Below, piece by piece: positions 54,071 to 64,000 of a DNA stretch of 64,000 nucleotides; the stretch's first letter is position 1; every line of letters begins with the position of its first letter. The notes under the pieces were generated by a model, which was given only the letters and a program-made list of their open reading frames with translations, was not told the DNA's origin and made no database searches. The translations under genes were made by a program, and so were the position numbers. Source of the DNA: Guillardia theta CCMP2712 (Eukaryota > Protista > Cryptophyta); contig NW_005434600.1 in assembly GCF_000315625.1 (NCBI RefSeq), positions 218,260-282,259 of the forward strand. The letters are read 5' to 3'.

Positions 54071-56427
54071 CAGCCCCTCTGACTGACCTTCTCCGCAAGG
54101 GCGCTCAGTTTCAGTGGACTGCAGCATGAAGCAAGCTTTGACGTCTCAGCCCCTCCTGCATCACTTCGACCCGTCCCTTCCGACCGAAGTGCATTGCGAC
54201 GCATCCAACGTGGGTATAGGAGGTGTACTCTTACAGCAGCTTCCCAACGCCCCCGCCCGCGTCATTGGCTACCACGCGACCGAACGAGAGTAACTTGCAA
54301 TCAAGGATACCATCCTTTTCTTCAAGTTCTACTTGATAGGGACTCCATTCAAGGTCTTTACTGATCATCAAGCTCTCACGTATTTCCAGACACAGAAAGA
54401 CATCAACAGCAGATTGATTCGTTGGCTTCAAACGCTCAGCGAGTTTGCAATCACCGAGTACTGTTACGTCAAAGGTTCTCAGAACGTCGTCCCCGACGCT
54501 AAGGCTCAGCCGTCAAGATGAAGTTCCCCTCTCGACTGCAGTCGCTCCTCATCACGAGCAACTCTCTCGCCAAGAGGACGGCTTCTTGCTCGCCTTCACC
54601 GTCAGCGCCTTGCAGCCTTTGCCCGACCAGATTCAAGCCGCCTATGAGACGTGCGACTTTTGTCGTCCTCTTATCCAACGTCTCCGCGCCAAGTCTTCTG
54701 TAACTTCTTTTCATCTGCATGATGAGCTTCTGTTTTATACAGATTCGTTGCGCCGCATTCGCCTGTGCATTCCGCAAGCATTGCGTCGAGAAGTTCTCTT
54801 TCGCGCCCACGACCTTCAGTCCCACCTCGGGTTTTCAAGAACCTACCTTCAGCTAGCAGCAACCGTTCATTGGCCCCAGCTTCGGAAAGACCTCGAGCTC
54901 TACATCCTGTCATGCCAGCATTGTCTTCAAGGGAAATCTTATCGCCAACGACCTATGGGTACTCCTCATTCCCATGCCGTTCCCTCGACACGCTTCGAAG
55001 TCGTCAGCCTCGACTTGCTGACCGGGCTCCCACGAACTCGAGATAAGAACGATGCAATTCTTCTTTTCATGGACGAGTTCACAGGGCGAGTTTATCTCAC
55101 CCCCTGCCGTAAATCGATTACTTCTGAACAAGCTGCTCAAAAATTCATCGAAACCGTGTTTCGATCCCAAGGCCTTCTCAAGTCCTTATCAGCGACAACG
55201 CTGTCATCTTTTCGTCCAGATTCTGGAACGCGCTCAGGCTTCAAGATGCTCAACGTTCACGTGAAGCATTCGTCGCCTTTTATGCCTCAAAGCAACGGTC
55301 GACCCGAGCGTATGAACTCCGTCGTCCTCGAAGCTCTTCGTATCTACACCACGCAGTATCCTCGAGCCGATTGGGATAGGTACCTCCCCATCCTGGAAAC
55401 TCACCTCGACTCAGCTGTTCGCCGTCCCATCGGTGCCATCCCTTTCGAAGTCATGTTCGGCAAACCTATCAGGACACAACTTTCTCTGCCTTCACCTGAC
55501 GATCATCAGGACGAGACCCTCGACTCCATTCGTGAAGCAACCGAAGTCAGCGCCGAAGCTGCCCGAGCTGCTCTCGAAGCTGCAGCGCGTGCCACCGAAG
55601 CTCGCCTTGCGCAAGTCCGTCGTCCCTGCCGCTATCAAGTTGGAGATCTGGTTTGGCTCTCAACCGCCAACCTCAACATCCCCGACGCCGCCTCGAAGCT
55701 CAACCCTCGCTTCGTTGGTCCCTTCCGCATCCTGCCACCGGAAATTGTTTCAGACAACACCGTTCGTCTCGACGTCTCTCCTCGCTTCGCATCGATCAGA
55801 AACACCGTCATCAACATCAAGTGGCTTTGTCCGCATACAGAGCGCGACCCTGCCTATCAAGATCCCCAGCGACCACCCGAACCTCTGGCCACCAGAGACG
55901 GCTTGGAATACGAGATTGAGAGCATTCTCAGCAAACGTCGTCGCGGTCGAGGTATTCAGTACCTTGTTAAGTGGACAGGCTATGATCAAGTCAAACAATT
56001 GGCTTCCTGCTCGTGAATTGCAGCAGAAATCTTCGCGAACTCATCCGTCAATTCAAAGAACGTGAAGCTCTTCAAGCTTTACCCTCCAACGCCTTGGACT
56101 CCTCCGACTCGTCTGAAGTGGAACTTCAAATCCTGTCGTTCATCTCCTCATGGTAAGAGCGAAGGACAAAGTGGTACTAAGTTGTCAAGCGCAGATGGAG
56201 CGATGTTGTATCCATGAGGATCCGGAATCACGGATACTCGTCGGATACTCTGCCGGATATTCTCTATTTAACCGGACGCTTCCTGAGCGCCCGGCCTCTT
56301 GATTTTCCCCCACTTGCATGCACAGTGAGTGTGGTGGTTGTGCGTAGTTTACATCTCAGTAAACTTAGAGACTTCTATCTTCTGCATCTCTATCTTCTTC
56401 ATCCTTACTTTGCTCGTGTCGTTGACA
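54034..56427 (+). mobile_element. 5'-truncated, degenerate Ty3/gypsy chromovirus LTR retrotransposon (end of RT, RNase H, integrase, chromodomain, putative 3' LTR)
   Basis: RT/RNase H: YYRKFIRNFSTIAAPLTDLLRK, HCDASNVGIGGVL, FKVFTDHQAL. Integrase: HHCC (AHD..HLG..CQHC), VSLDLLTGLP, PQSNGRPER, PRFVGPFRI. Chromodomain: EYEIESILSKRRRGRGIQYLVKWTGY. Stops and frameshifts are present. Confidence 0.93.
56183..56427 (+). repeat. Putative 3' LTR (245 bp) with TGTCAA...TTGACA inverted termini
   Basis: Lies ~170 bp after the pol/chromo ORF, behind a weak purine-rich tract. No partner LTR is present in the window. Confidence 0.55.
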
Positions 56428-56472
56428 ATCTCTGTGTTGTGTATACAACACTGCTGCTGCTGCTGCTGCTGC

Positions 56473-56800
56473 GGATTCCTGCCTTTCTCCCCTTCTCCTC
56501 CTTCCCGACCTCCTTGCCCTTCCTCCACGCCCTCTTCCTTCTCCGCCTCTCCCCCGATGACCTCTCCAGCTTGCTAGCCCCCCTGCAAACACGCGCGGCA
56601 GACAGGCCAGCTCTGCCGAGAGCGCAAACTCAAGTCGGACAAGTTGCAGCGGAGGAGGCGGAAGCTGAGGGCTCTGGGCGAGAGCTGCCTGGTTTGCTTA
56701 TGTCTTTCCACTGGCCTTGTGTTCTTAAGGGTCAATATGAGCTGGGTCGAAGCTAGGTATCAAACACCCTCATCCCTGAGCATCTCAGTCGTGTAGCCAT
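56473..56800 (+). pseudogene. Decayed Zn2Cys6 paralogue D2
   Basis: Near-identical to the reverse complement of D1. Confidence 0.7.
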
Positions 56801-57801
56801 CATAAAGCAGGCGAGGCGATTATTCTTTATATATCTGCGGTATGTGGTGATAAACGTGGCATGGTAGCACCAATGAAGAAGAGCGTNNNNNNNNNNNNNN
56901 NNNNNNNNNNNNNNNNNNNNNNNNNNNNNNNNNNNNNNNNNNNNNNNNNNNNNNNNNNNNNNNNNNNNNNNNNNNNNNNNNNNNNNGAGGAGATGCAAAT
57001 CAACACCATACTCTGTTGTTCATGATCAACACCACCCAAGCGCGCCTCATTCACGGCATGCCTGCGGTCTTCTGCAGCTCCAGGCCCGCCCTCACACTCG
57101 ATCCTCCCTACAGCGTCGACAAGCAAGCTTCCCTCGCGCTGCTCCAGCTTCCCTTTCAAACCTTCGCACACTCACTGACAGCTCACATACGCCCGCCAGC
57201 AACCTCCGCCCTTGCTTCCCTGCTTGCCTGCTGCCCNNNNNNNNNNNNNNNNNNNNNNNNNNNNNNNNNNNNNNNNNNNNNNNNNNNNNNNNNNNNNNNN
57301 NNNNNNNNNNNNNNNNNNNNNNNNNNNNNNNNNNNNNNNNNNNNNNNNNNNNNNNNNNNNNNNNNNNNNNNNNNNNNNNNNNNNNNNNNNNNNNNNNNNN
57401 NNNNNNNNNNNNNNNNNNNNNNNNNNNNNNNNNNNNNNNNNNNNNNNNNNNNNNNNNNNNNNNNNNNNNNNNNNNNNNNNNNNNNNNNNNNNNNNNNNNN
57501 NNNNNNNNNNNNNNNNNNNNNNNNNNNNNNNNNNNNNNNNNNNNNNNNNNNNNNNNNNNNNNNNNNNNNNNNNNNNNNNNNNNNNNNNNNNNNNNNNNNN
57601 NNNNNNNNNNNNNNNNNNNNNNNNNNNNNNNNNNNNNNNNNNNNNNNNNNNNNNNNNNNNNNNNNNNNNNNNNNNNNNNNNNNNNNNNNNNNNNNNNNNN
57701 NNNNNNNNNNNNNNNNNNNNNNNNNNNNNNNNNNNNNNNNNNNNNNNNNNNNNNNNNNNNNNNNNNNNNNNNNNNNNNNNNNNNNNNNNNNNNNNNNNNN
57801 N

Positions 57802-58005
57802 GGGCATGGCGGGGAGGTCGGGGGAGTCGAGGGGGTCGAGGAGGTCGAGGTCGGGGGCGAGGTAGACGGAGAGGTCATCGGGGGAGAGGCGGAGGAGGGA
57901 GAGGGCGTGGAGGAAGGGAGAAGGAAAGACAGGGAGGTCAGAGGGCTGCAATGAAGGGTCGAGGGTGTACAGGAGGAAGGGGCTGGTATGAAGTATGATG
58001 GTCAT
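57802..58005 (-). CDS. Zn2Cys6 copy Z3 (N-terminal part visible; remainder presumably in the gap 57237-57801)
   Basis: N-terminus identical to Z2. The gap length (~565 N) is about the length needed to reach the shared 3' flank seen at 57000-57236. Confidence 0.7.
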
Positions 58006-58853
58006 GACAGCAGGTCTGGAAGCTTGCGTGGTGCTTGTGACCTGTCAGCAAAGATCGCGTTGAGCAGAGAAGAGGAGGACAAAGGGACGGACGAAGAAGA
58101 CAAGGGGCGATAGGCAGGCAGTGACTGCTTTGCTTCTTTTTTTTTGACATGTATCGATATCCGATACGAACAAGAGTCGTTTCGACTCGGATGCCGTAAG
58201 GTAACACTGTGTCCTCGGCTATGTCCGTAGGGGCCACGACGAGCTGGTTCTTTGTAAAGCAGGATCGATCAGCCGCCGAGACGAAGGAAAGCGATTTCGA
58301 GAAAGCTTCTAGAATGACAATGCCGCCGAGGCGAAAAGAAGCGATTTCAAAACAATGAAATCCCAACCCGAGGGTTGGAAGGGATTACACGAGCGCCTGC
58401 TCCTGCTACTAGTCCTGCTGCTGCTGCTGCTGCTGCTTCTAGTGCTGCTTCTGCGCCTTCTCCTCCTCCTGCTGCTGCTCCTGTCCCAGACTCTGACCCA
58501 GCCCCTGCTCCAGCTGCTGGTGCTGCCCCTGCTCCGGCTCCTACTGCTGCCCCTGCTATAGCTACTGCTACTGCTACTGCTCCTCCTCCTTCTGCTCCTG
58601 CCCCTGCCGATCCTGATCCTGCTGCTGCCCCTACTCCTCCCTTCTTCTGCCCCTGCCCCTGCCCCTGCTCTTGCCCCTGCCCCTGCTCCTGCTCCTGCTC
58701 CTGCTCCTGCTGCTGGGGCTGTCCCTGCCCCTGCTGCTGCTCCTCCTCCTCCTCCGGGGGCCTGCCACTGCCCCTGCTCCTGCTCCTGCTCCTGCTCCGG
58801 CTCCTGCCCCTTCTTCTGCTCCTGCTCCTCCTCCTCCTTCTCCTGCCCCTGCC

Positions 58854-58889
<36 letters not shown>

Positions 58890-59051
58890 TCCATCCCTGC
58901 CCCTGCCCCTGCCCCTGCTCCTGCTCCTGCCCCTGCTCCTGCCACTTCCACTGCAACGCTCCTGCTCCTGCCCCTGCTGCTGCTGCTAGCCCTGTTTCCA
59001 ATCCAGCATCTGCAGTATTTCTGGTCCTCCCATCTATCTCTGTTTCAGCTT

Positions 59052-59390
59052 CCATCCGCAGATTCCTGCCTTTCTCCCCTACTCCTCCTTCCCGACCTCC
59101 TTGCCCTTCCTCCACGCCCTCTTCCTTCTCCGCCGCCTCTCCCCCGATGACCTCTCCAGCTTGCTAGCCCCCCTGCAAACACGCGCGGCAGACAGGCCAG
59201 CTCTGCCGAGAGCGCAAACTCAAGTCGGACAAGTTGCAGCGGAGGAGGCGGAAGCTGAGGGCTCTGGGCGAGAGCTGCCTGGTTTGCTTATGTCTTTCCA
59301 CTGGCCTTGTGTTCTTAAGGGTCAATATGAGCTGGGTCGAAGCTAGGTATCAAACACCCTCATCCCTGAGCATCTCAGTCGTGTAGCCAT
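59052..59390 (+). pseudogene. Decayed Zn2Cys6 paralogue D3
   Basis: Near-identical to the reverse complement of D1. Confidence 0.7.
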
Positions 59391-60000
59391 CATAAAGCAG
59401 GCGAGGCGATTATTCTTTACATATCTGCAGTATGTGGTGATAAACGTGGCATGGTAGCACCAATGAAGAAGAGCGTCAACCATGCCAAGCACCGACCTTG
59501 CTCTCAACCCTCGGATCCTCTAGATAGAGTGCTCTTCTCACTGACCAGGCATGCTCCTTGAGGAGATGCAAATCAACACCATACTCTGTTGTTCATGATC
59601 AACACCACCCAAGCGCGCCTCATTCACGGCATGCCTGCGGTCTTCTGCAGCTCCAGGCCCGCCCTCACACTCGATCCTCCCTACAGCGTCGACAAGCAAG
59701 CTTCCCTCGCGCTGCTCCAGCTTCCCTTTCAAACCTTCGCACACTCACTGACAGCTCACATACGCCCGCCAGCAACCTCCGCCCTTGCTTCCCTGCTTGC
59801 CTGCTGCCCGCAAGCCACCGCACGCTCTCTCAGCGCGCTACACCGGTGTCAGGGACCTCCCCTCCCCTCCCCTCCCCGAGACAAGCACAAGACCCTTTAC
59901 TCATACACTCTGATTGTAGACTATCTGTCTATTAAGCTCTCCTCGTCCTCCGCCGCTTTTCCTCAGCTTGTCCGCATCGGCCCGTCGAGACACGGCCAGG

Positions 60001-60247
60001 CTATACCAAGAAGCCCTCCGCTATCTCGGTCAGCTCCTCGCTTCCCTCTATCCAGCCGCTGGCTTGCCCCCTCGCATCCGTCGTTGGCTCTGCCCCCGTC
60101 CCTCCTCGTCTCCTCGGCTTCCGCCCCCTCCGCTGCCCTGCCTGACTCACACACTCCGTCCTGAAGTGCACACACTGCCCGCATGGCCGACGCTCGTCGC
60201 ACTTGAGCTTCCGCTGCCGGCAGAACTGGCAGGCCTCCCGCGCGTAC
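60001..60247 (-). CDS. Zn2Cys6 copy Z4 (C-terminal half; 5' part in the gap 60248-60594)
   Basis: YAREACQFCRQRKLKCDERRPCGQCVHFRTEC...EIAEGFLV*, as in Z1. Confidence 0.8.
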
Positions 60248-61287
60248 NNNNNNNNNNNNNNNNNNNNNNNNNNNNNNNNNNNNNNNNNNNNNNNNNNNNN
60301 NNNNNNNNNNNNNNNNNNNNNNNNNNNNNNNNNNNNNNNNNNNNNNNNNNNNNNNNNNNNNNNNNNNNNNNNNNNNNNNNNNNNNNNNNNNNNNNNNNNN
60401 NNNNNNNNNNNNNNNNNNNNNNNNNNNNNNNNNNNNNNNNNNNNNNNNNNNNNNNNNNNNNNNNNNNNNNNNNNNNNNNNNNNNNNNNNNNNNNNNNNNN
60501 NNNNNNNNNNNNNNNNNNNNNNNNNNNNNNNNNNNNNNNNNNNNNNNNNNNNNNNNNNNNNNNNNNNNNNNNNNNNNNNNNNNNNNNNNNNNNNGAGAAG
60601 CTGGTTCACACAGCAAGGAGGGAGCGATCTTTTACGCTCGAGGAGCTCCAGGTAGTGGCAGCCGCAGAGGCAAAGATTTTAGTTGTCCGGGGCAGTGAAG
60701 GGTAGGTGGGGTGGGAGAGAGTTCATTCGGAGGGGTGGTAGCTAATAGGTGTTCGTAGGCTTCTATATGCCCCTGGTCCTAGGGGGCAGGGCTTGTAAAG
60801 TCATCTGCAAGGTTTCAAAAGGTGCATCTTTCTATCCCGAAAAAAAAAATGAAAAAAAGAGCTAAATCAGCGGCAGACCCGAGTCAATTCATGCTCAGTT
60901 TTTTTTCGTACAAATATAACTCAAATTTTTTTTTCCTCCTCGAAATATTTTTGAAAACTCAGATATAAGTCATTTTAATTTGAGTTTGACACGACGCGTT
61001 CGGGTTCCCCAGATTTTGCTTTTCGAATGGGCAGGCACTACACTGAAATATACTATTGGCTCAATTGAAAAAAAAGTGTTGTACTGTAGGGAAGGTACGC
61101 TGGGAGCATCATGATGAAAAGGCAGGGGACCCCACCCCCAATCAACAAGTATTGCAAGTACCGGTGAATTTTTTCGAGGAAAATTTCAAATCACTTTTTT
61201 AAAAAAAAGTCAGAAACTCTAATTAAGAATCTTGGAGTCGGCAGGAAACGAGCCGAGTCAGGCAAGTTGATCGGACCTCCGGGCGGC

Positions 61288-61413
61288 ATTATATTATAAT
61301 GAAGCCATAAGGATGCGGATTATATTATAATGAAGCCATAAGGATGCGGGTTATATTATAATGAAGCCATAATGATGCGGATTATATTATAATGAAGCCA
61401 TATAAGGATGCGG
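61288..61413. repeat. 31-bp AT-rich tandem repeat x4 (attatattataatgaagccataaggatgcgg)
   Basis: Read directly from the sequence; no spacers between units. Confidence 0.92.
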
Positions 61414-61888
61414 AGTATAAGATCAGAACGGAGACTTTTAGTAGAGTAGACAGCCGTTCACAGTGGTAGTTGGAGACATATATATGGATGACTGTAACAT
61501 CAACTTCGTACCGTGAACGTTGGATGTATAAAACGACTATTAGAGGTTTTACTAGCTTGATGACTATGAGGTTTTACTAGCTTGACGAGGAAGTGTGAAA
61601 ACAATCTCCGAAAAGGATCCATTTCACCTCGGATGAATTAAAAAGGAAATTGAGTTTTAAGAACTAACCAATCTCGAGATTGATCGCCGCCGGGGTGAAA
61701 GAGAGCGATATCAAGAAAGTCATCGACTTTACAAGACAACCTGCAGATAATAATTGCCGAACGTTCATTCCCCTAGGTACTTCCCTATGACCTGAATCGT
61801 CAGCAGAGCTCAGGTCCTAGGGAAGTATCACAAAGAGATCTCTTTATCCGTCTCTCCTCCTTGTACCCCGACCTCGGACTGGCCTATC

Positions 61889-62401
61889 ATGCCGTGTCCC
61901 TCCCGAGTCCCCTCCTCAGCACACTCTGACCTCCCTCTCTTTCCCTCCCCCTTCCTCCACGCCCTCTCCCTCCTCCGCCTCTCCCCCGACGACCTCTCCC
62001 TCTACCTCACCCCCGACCTCGACCTCCTCGACCCCCTCGACTCCCCCGACCTCCCCGCCATGCCCCTCTGGGACCAGCTCACCTCCTTGCCCGACGACGA
62101 CCAGCTCCTGACCCCCTTGTCCTTCGCCGACGCCGTCGCAGGCGGCAAGGCCGAGGGCGAGGGCGAGGCCGGGAGGGCGGGGGCGCGGGAGAACAAGAGG
62201 TTCAGGTACGCGCGGGAGGCCTGTCAGCTCTGCCGGCAGCGGAAGCTCAAGTGCGACGAGCGGCGGCCGTGCGGGAAGTGCGTGCACTTGAGGATGGAGT
62301 GTGTGAGTCAGGCAGGGCAGCAGAGGGGGCGGAAGCCGAGGGCACGGGAAGGGACGGGGGCCGAGGCGACTACCAAGGTGACTTTGTTCAAAGGGTTCTG
62401 A
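61889..62401 (+). CDS. Zn2Cys6 copy Z5
   Basis: ACQLCRQRKLKCDERRPCGKCVHLRMEC with the same N-terminal motif as the other copies. Confidence 0.9.
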   Translation: MPCPSRVPSSAHSDLPLFPSPFLHALSLLRLSPDDLSLYLTPDLDLLDPLDSPDLPAMPLWDQLTSLPDDDQLLTPLSFADAVAGGKAEGEGEAGRAGARENKRFRYAREACQLCRQRKLKCDERRPCGKCVHLRMECVSQAGQQRGRKPRAREGTGAEATTKVTLFKGF

Positions 62402-63498
62402 TTGAGCATGCCACGATGCGCTGTTTGTTTTTCGTTGTCGTGAGAGTTTTGTTCACTTTCACTCTGAATAATGTTTGAATCAGCTTCAGTGAAATCTTCC
62501 CCAAATGACATGACTCCATCTTGCAGAGTTTGTAGAGATCTTGTGATGTGGGACTTGCTCCAACAACGCAGCAAAGGGCACTTGGAAGAATGAAGAATGA
62601 AGCTAGATTTGTTGATGTATCAGCAGTAGCAAGATTACTTCTGCAGGGACCAATGTTGAAGAGAAAGGAAGATCGAGCAGCGGAAGCCGCTCCTCTGCTG
62701 GCTTAAATAGTGTCGTAGATGATCTCGCTAATGTATGGTCAAATCTCATCCTCGTAGTACTATACATGTCGTATGTACTGAGTTTACGACTAGCAGCCAG
62801 GTCCATCGTACAAGATGCACCCTGCCACATCGGGCATGGTATGCACAGCCGATACTTTGCGTGATGAAGTACCACAAACGTACCCGATATGGTACCGGAG
62901 GTATTTCATATAAAACTCCTTGTGAAAGATGTCCTGGTGCAAAAGGGATACTGTCTTTCATCGATGTTTTTGTTTTTGTTGGCTTCTGCCTTGTATCAGA
63001 TATTAGCCTGACAACATGGCTCATCAAGACATTTCCTTAATTTCTTCATTATCCTTCATCAGATATAACCAGGATCCAGAGGCTTCTGTCGAATTACCAA
63101 CATTTCATTGACTGTGAAAAGAATAACGAAAACGTCCCCGTTCCGAATTGTAGAAAGATGATATGGTTTTGATGATCAACACCACCCAAGCGCGCCTCAT
63201 TCACGGCATGCCCGCGGTCTTCTGCAGCTCCAGGCTCGCCCTCACACACTCACTGACAGCTCACTTACGCCCGCCAGCAACCTCCGCCCTTGCTTCCCTG
63301 CTTGCCTGCTGCCCGCAAGCCACCGCACGCTCTCTCAGCGCGCTACACCGGTGTCTGGGGCCTCCCCTCCCCTCCCCGAGACAAGCACAAGACCCTTTAC
63401 TCATACACGCTGATTGTAGACTATCTGTCTATTAAGCTCTCCTCGTCCTCCGCCGCTTTGTCCTCAGCTGGTCCGCATCGGCCCGTCGAGACACGCCC

Positions 63499-63880
63499 AG
63501 GCTATTCCAAGAAGCCCTCCGCTATCTCGGTCAGCTCCTCGCTTCCCTCTATCCAGCCGCTGGCTTGCCCCCTCGCATCCGTCGTTGGCTCTGCCCCCGT
63601 CCCTCGCACTTGAGCTTCCGCTGCCGGCAGAACTGGCAGGCCTCCCGCGCGTACCTCCCCTTCCCCCGCGCCCCCGCCCTCCCGGCCTCGCCCTCGGCCT
63701 TGCTGGCTGTGATGGCTGCGACGGCGTCGGCGAAGGACAAGGGGGTCAGGAGCTGGTCGGGTAGCTGCCCGTCGTCGTCGGGCCAGGAGGTGAGCTGGTC
63801 CCAGAGGGGCATGGCGGGGAGGTCGGGGGAGTCGAGGGGGTCGAGGAGGTCGAGGTCGGGGGCGAGGTAGACGGAGAGGT
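63499..63880 (-). pseudogene. Zn2Cys6 copy Z6: 5'-truncated, with an internal deletion removing Cys4-6 and causing a frameshift
   Basis: ...CQFCRQRKLKC is joined directly to gggacgggggcagagcc. The 5' end abuts a CAG/CTG repeat. Confidence 0.8.
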
Positions 63881-63923
63881 AGTGGCAGAAGCAGCAGCAG
63901 CAGCAGCAGAAGGTTTCAGCTGC

Positions 63924-63982
<59 letters not shown>

Positions 63983-64000
63983 CTCTGCCCTGCCTTGCTC

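Larger units (their letters stand above)
57802..60247. repeat. Inverted duplication of ~51730-53725
   Basis: The same order appears in reverse: Zn2Cys6 5' part, promoter, low-complexity tract, decayed paralogue, 3' flank, Zn2Cys6 3' part. Further partial copies lie at 56473-57236 and 63170-63880. Confidence 0.9.

Noticed and set aside
58309-59150. Long ORFs on both strands (poly-L, poly-AP, QE/AG repeats)
   Set aside because: These are products of a stop-free low-complexity hexamer repeat whose length differs between duplicate units. The same applies to similar ORFs at 25221-26228, 41137-41769 and 52735-53201.
61288-61413. 31-bp repeats of CRISPR-like length
   Set aside because: The units are directly adjacent with no unique spacers, there are no cas genes, and the context is eukaryotic.

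Overview
Eukaryotic nuclear DNA with many short GT-AG introns, microsatellite-filled introns and six N gaps. The overall style and a bipartite plastid presequence suggest a cryptophyte alga such as Guillardia theta (inference, not verified). The intron-rich genes are: a DDB1/SF3B3/CPSF160-family beta-propeller gene running off the left end, tektin, a plastid-targeted parvulin-PPIase::MiaB fusion whose exon phases are continuous across the junction, a large coiled-coil protein, an MLH3-like MutL gene with catalytic Glu->Gln and no visible C-terminal endonuclease domain, histone H2A.Z, and several unknown genes. Two intronless transcription-factor clusters stand out. (1) At 6.9-15.9 kb, four atypical SHAQKYF-MYB genes are repeatedly paired head-to-head with an unannotated ~90-aa hydrophobic micro-ORF family ending in FDKRxLLRxExGETFKVRRASEE, arranged as nested inverted repeats. 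(2) At 51.4-63.9 kb, six minimal fungal-type Zn(II)2Cys6 genes and three decayed copies lie in inverted duplications around a 5'-truncated chromovirus (Ty3/gypsy) element. Exon boundaries were read by eye, and the limits of the unknown genes are approximate.
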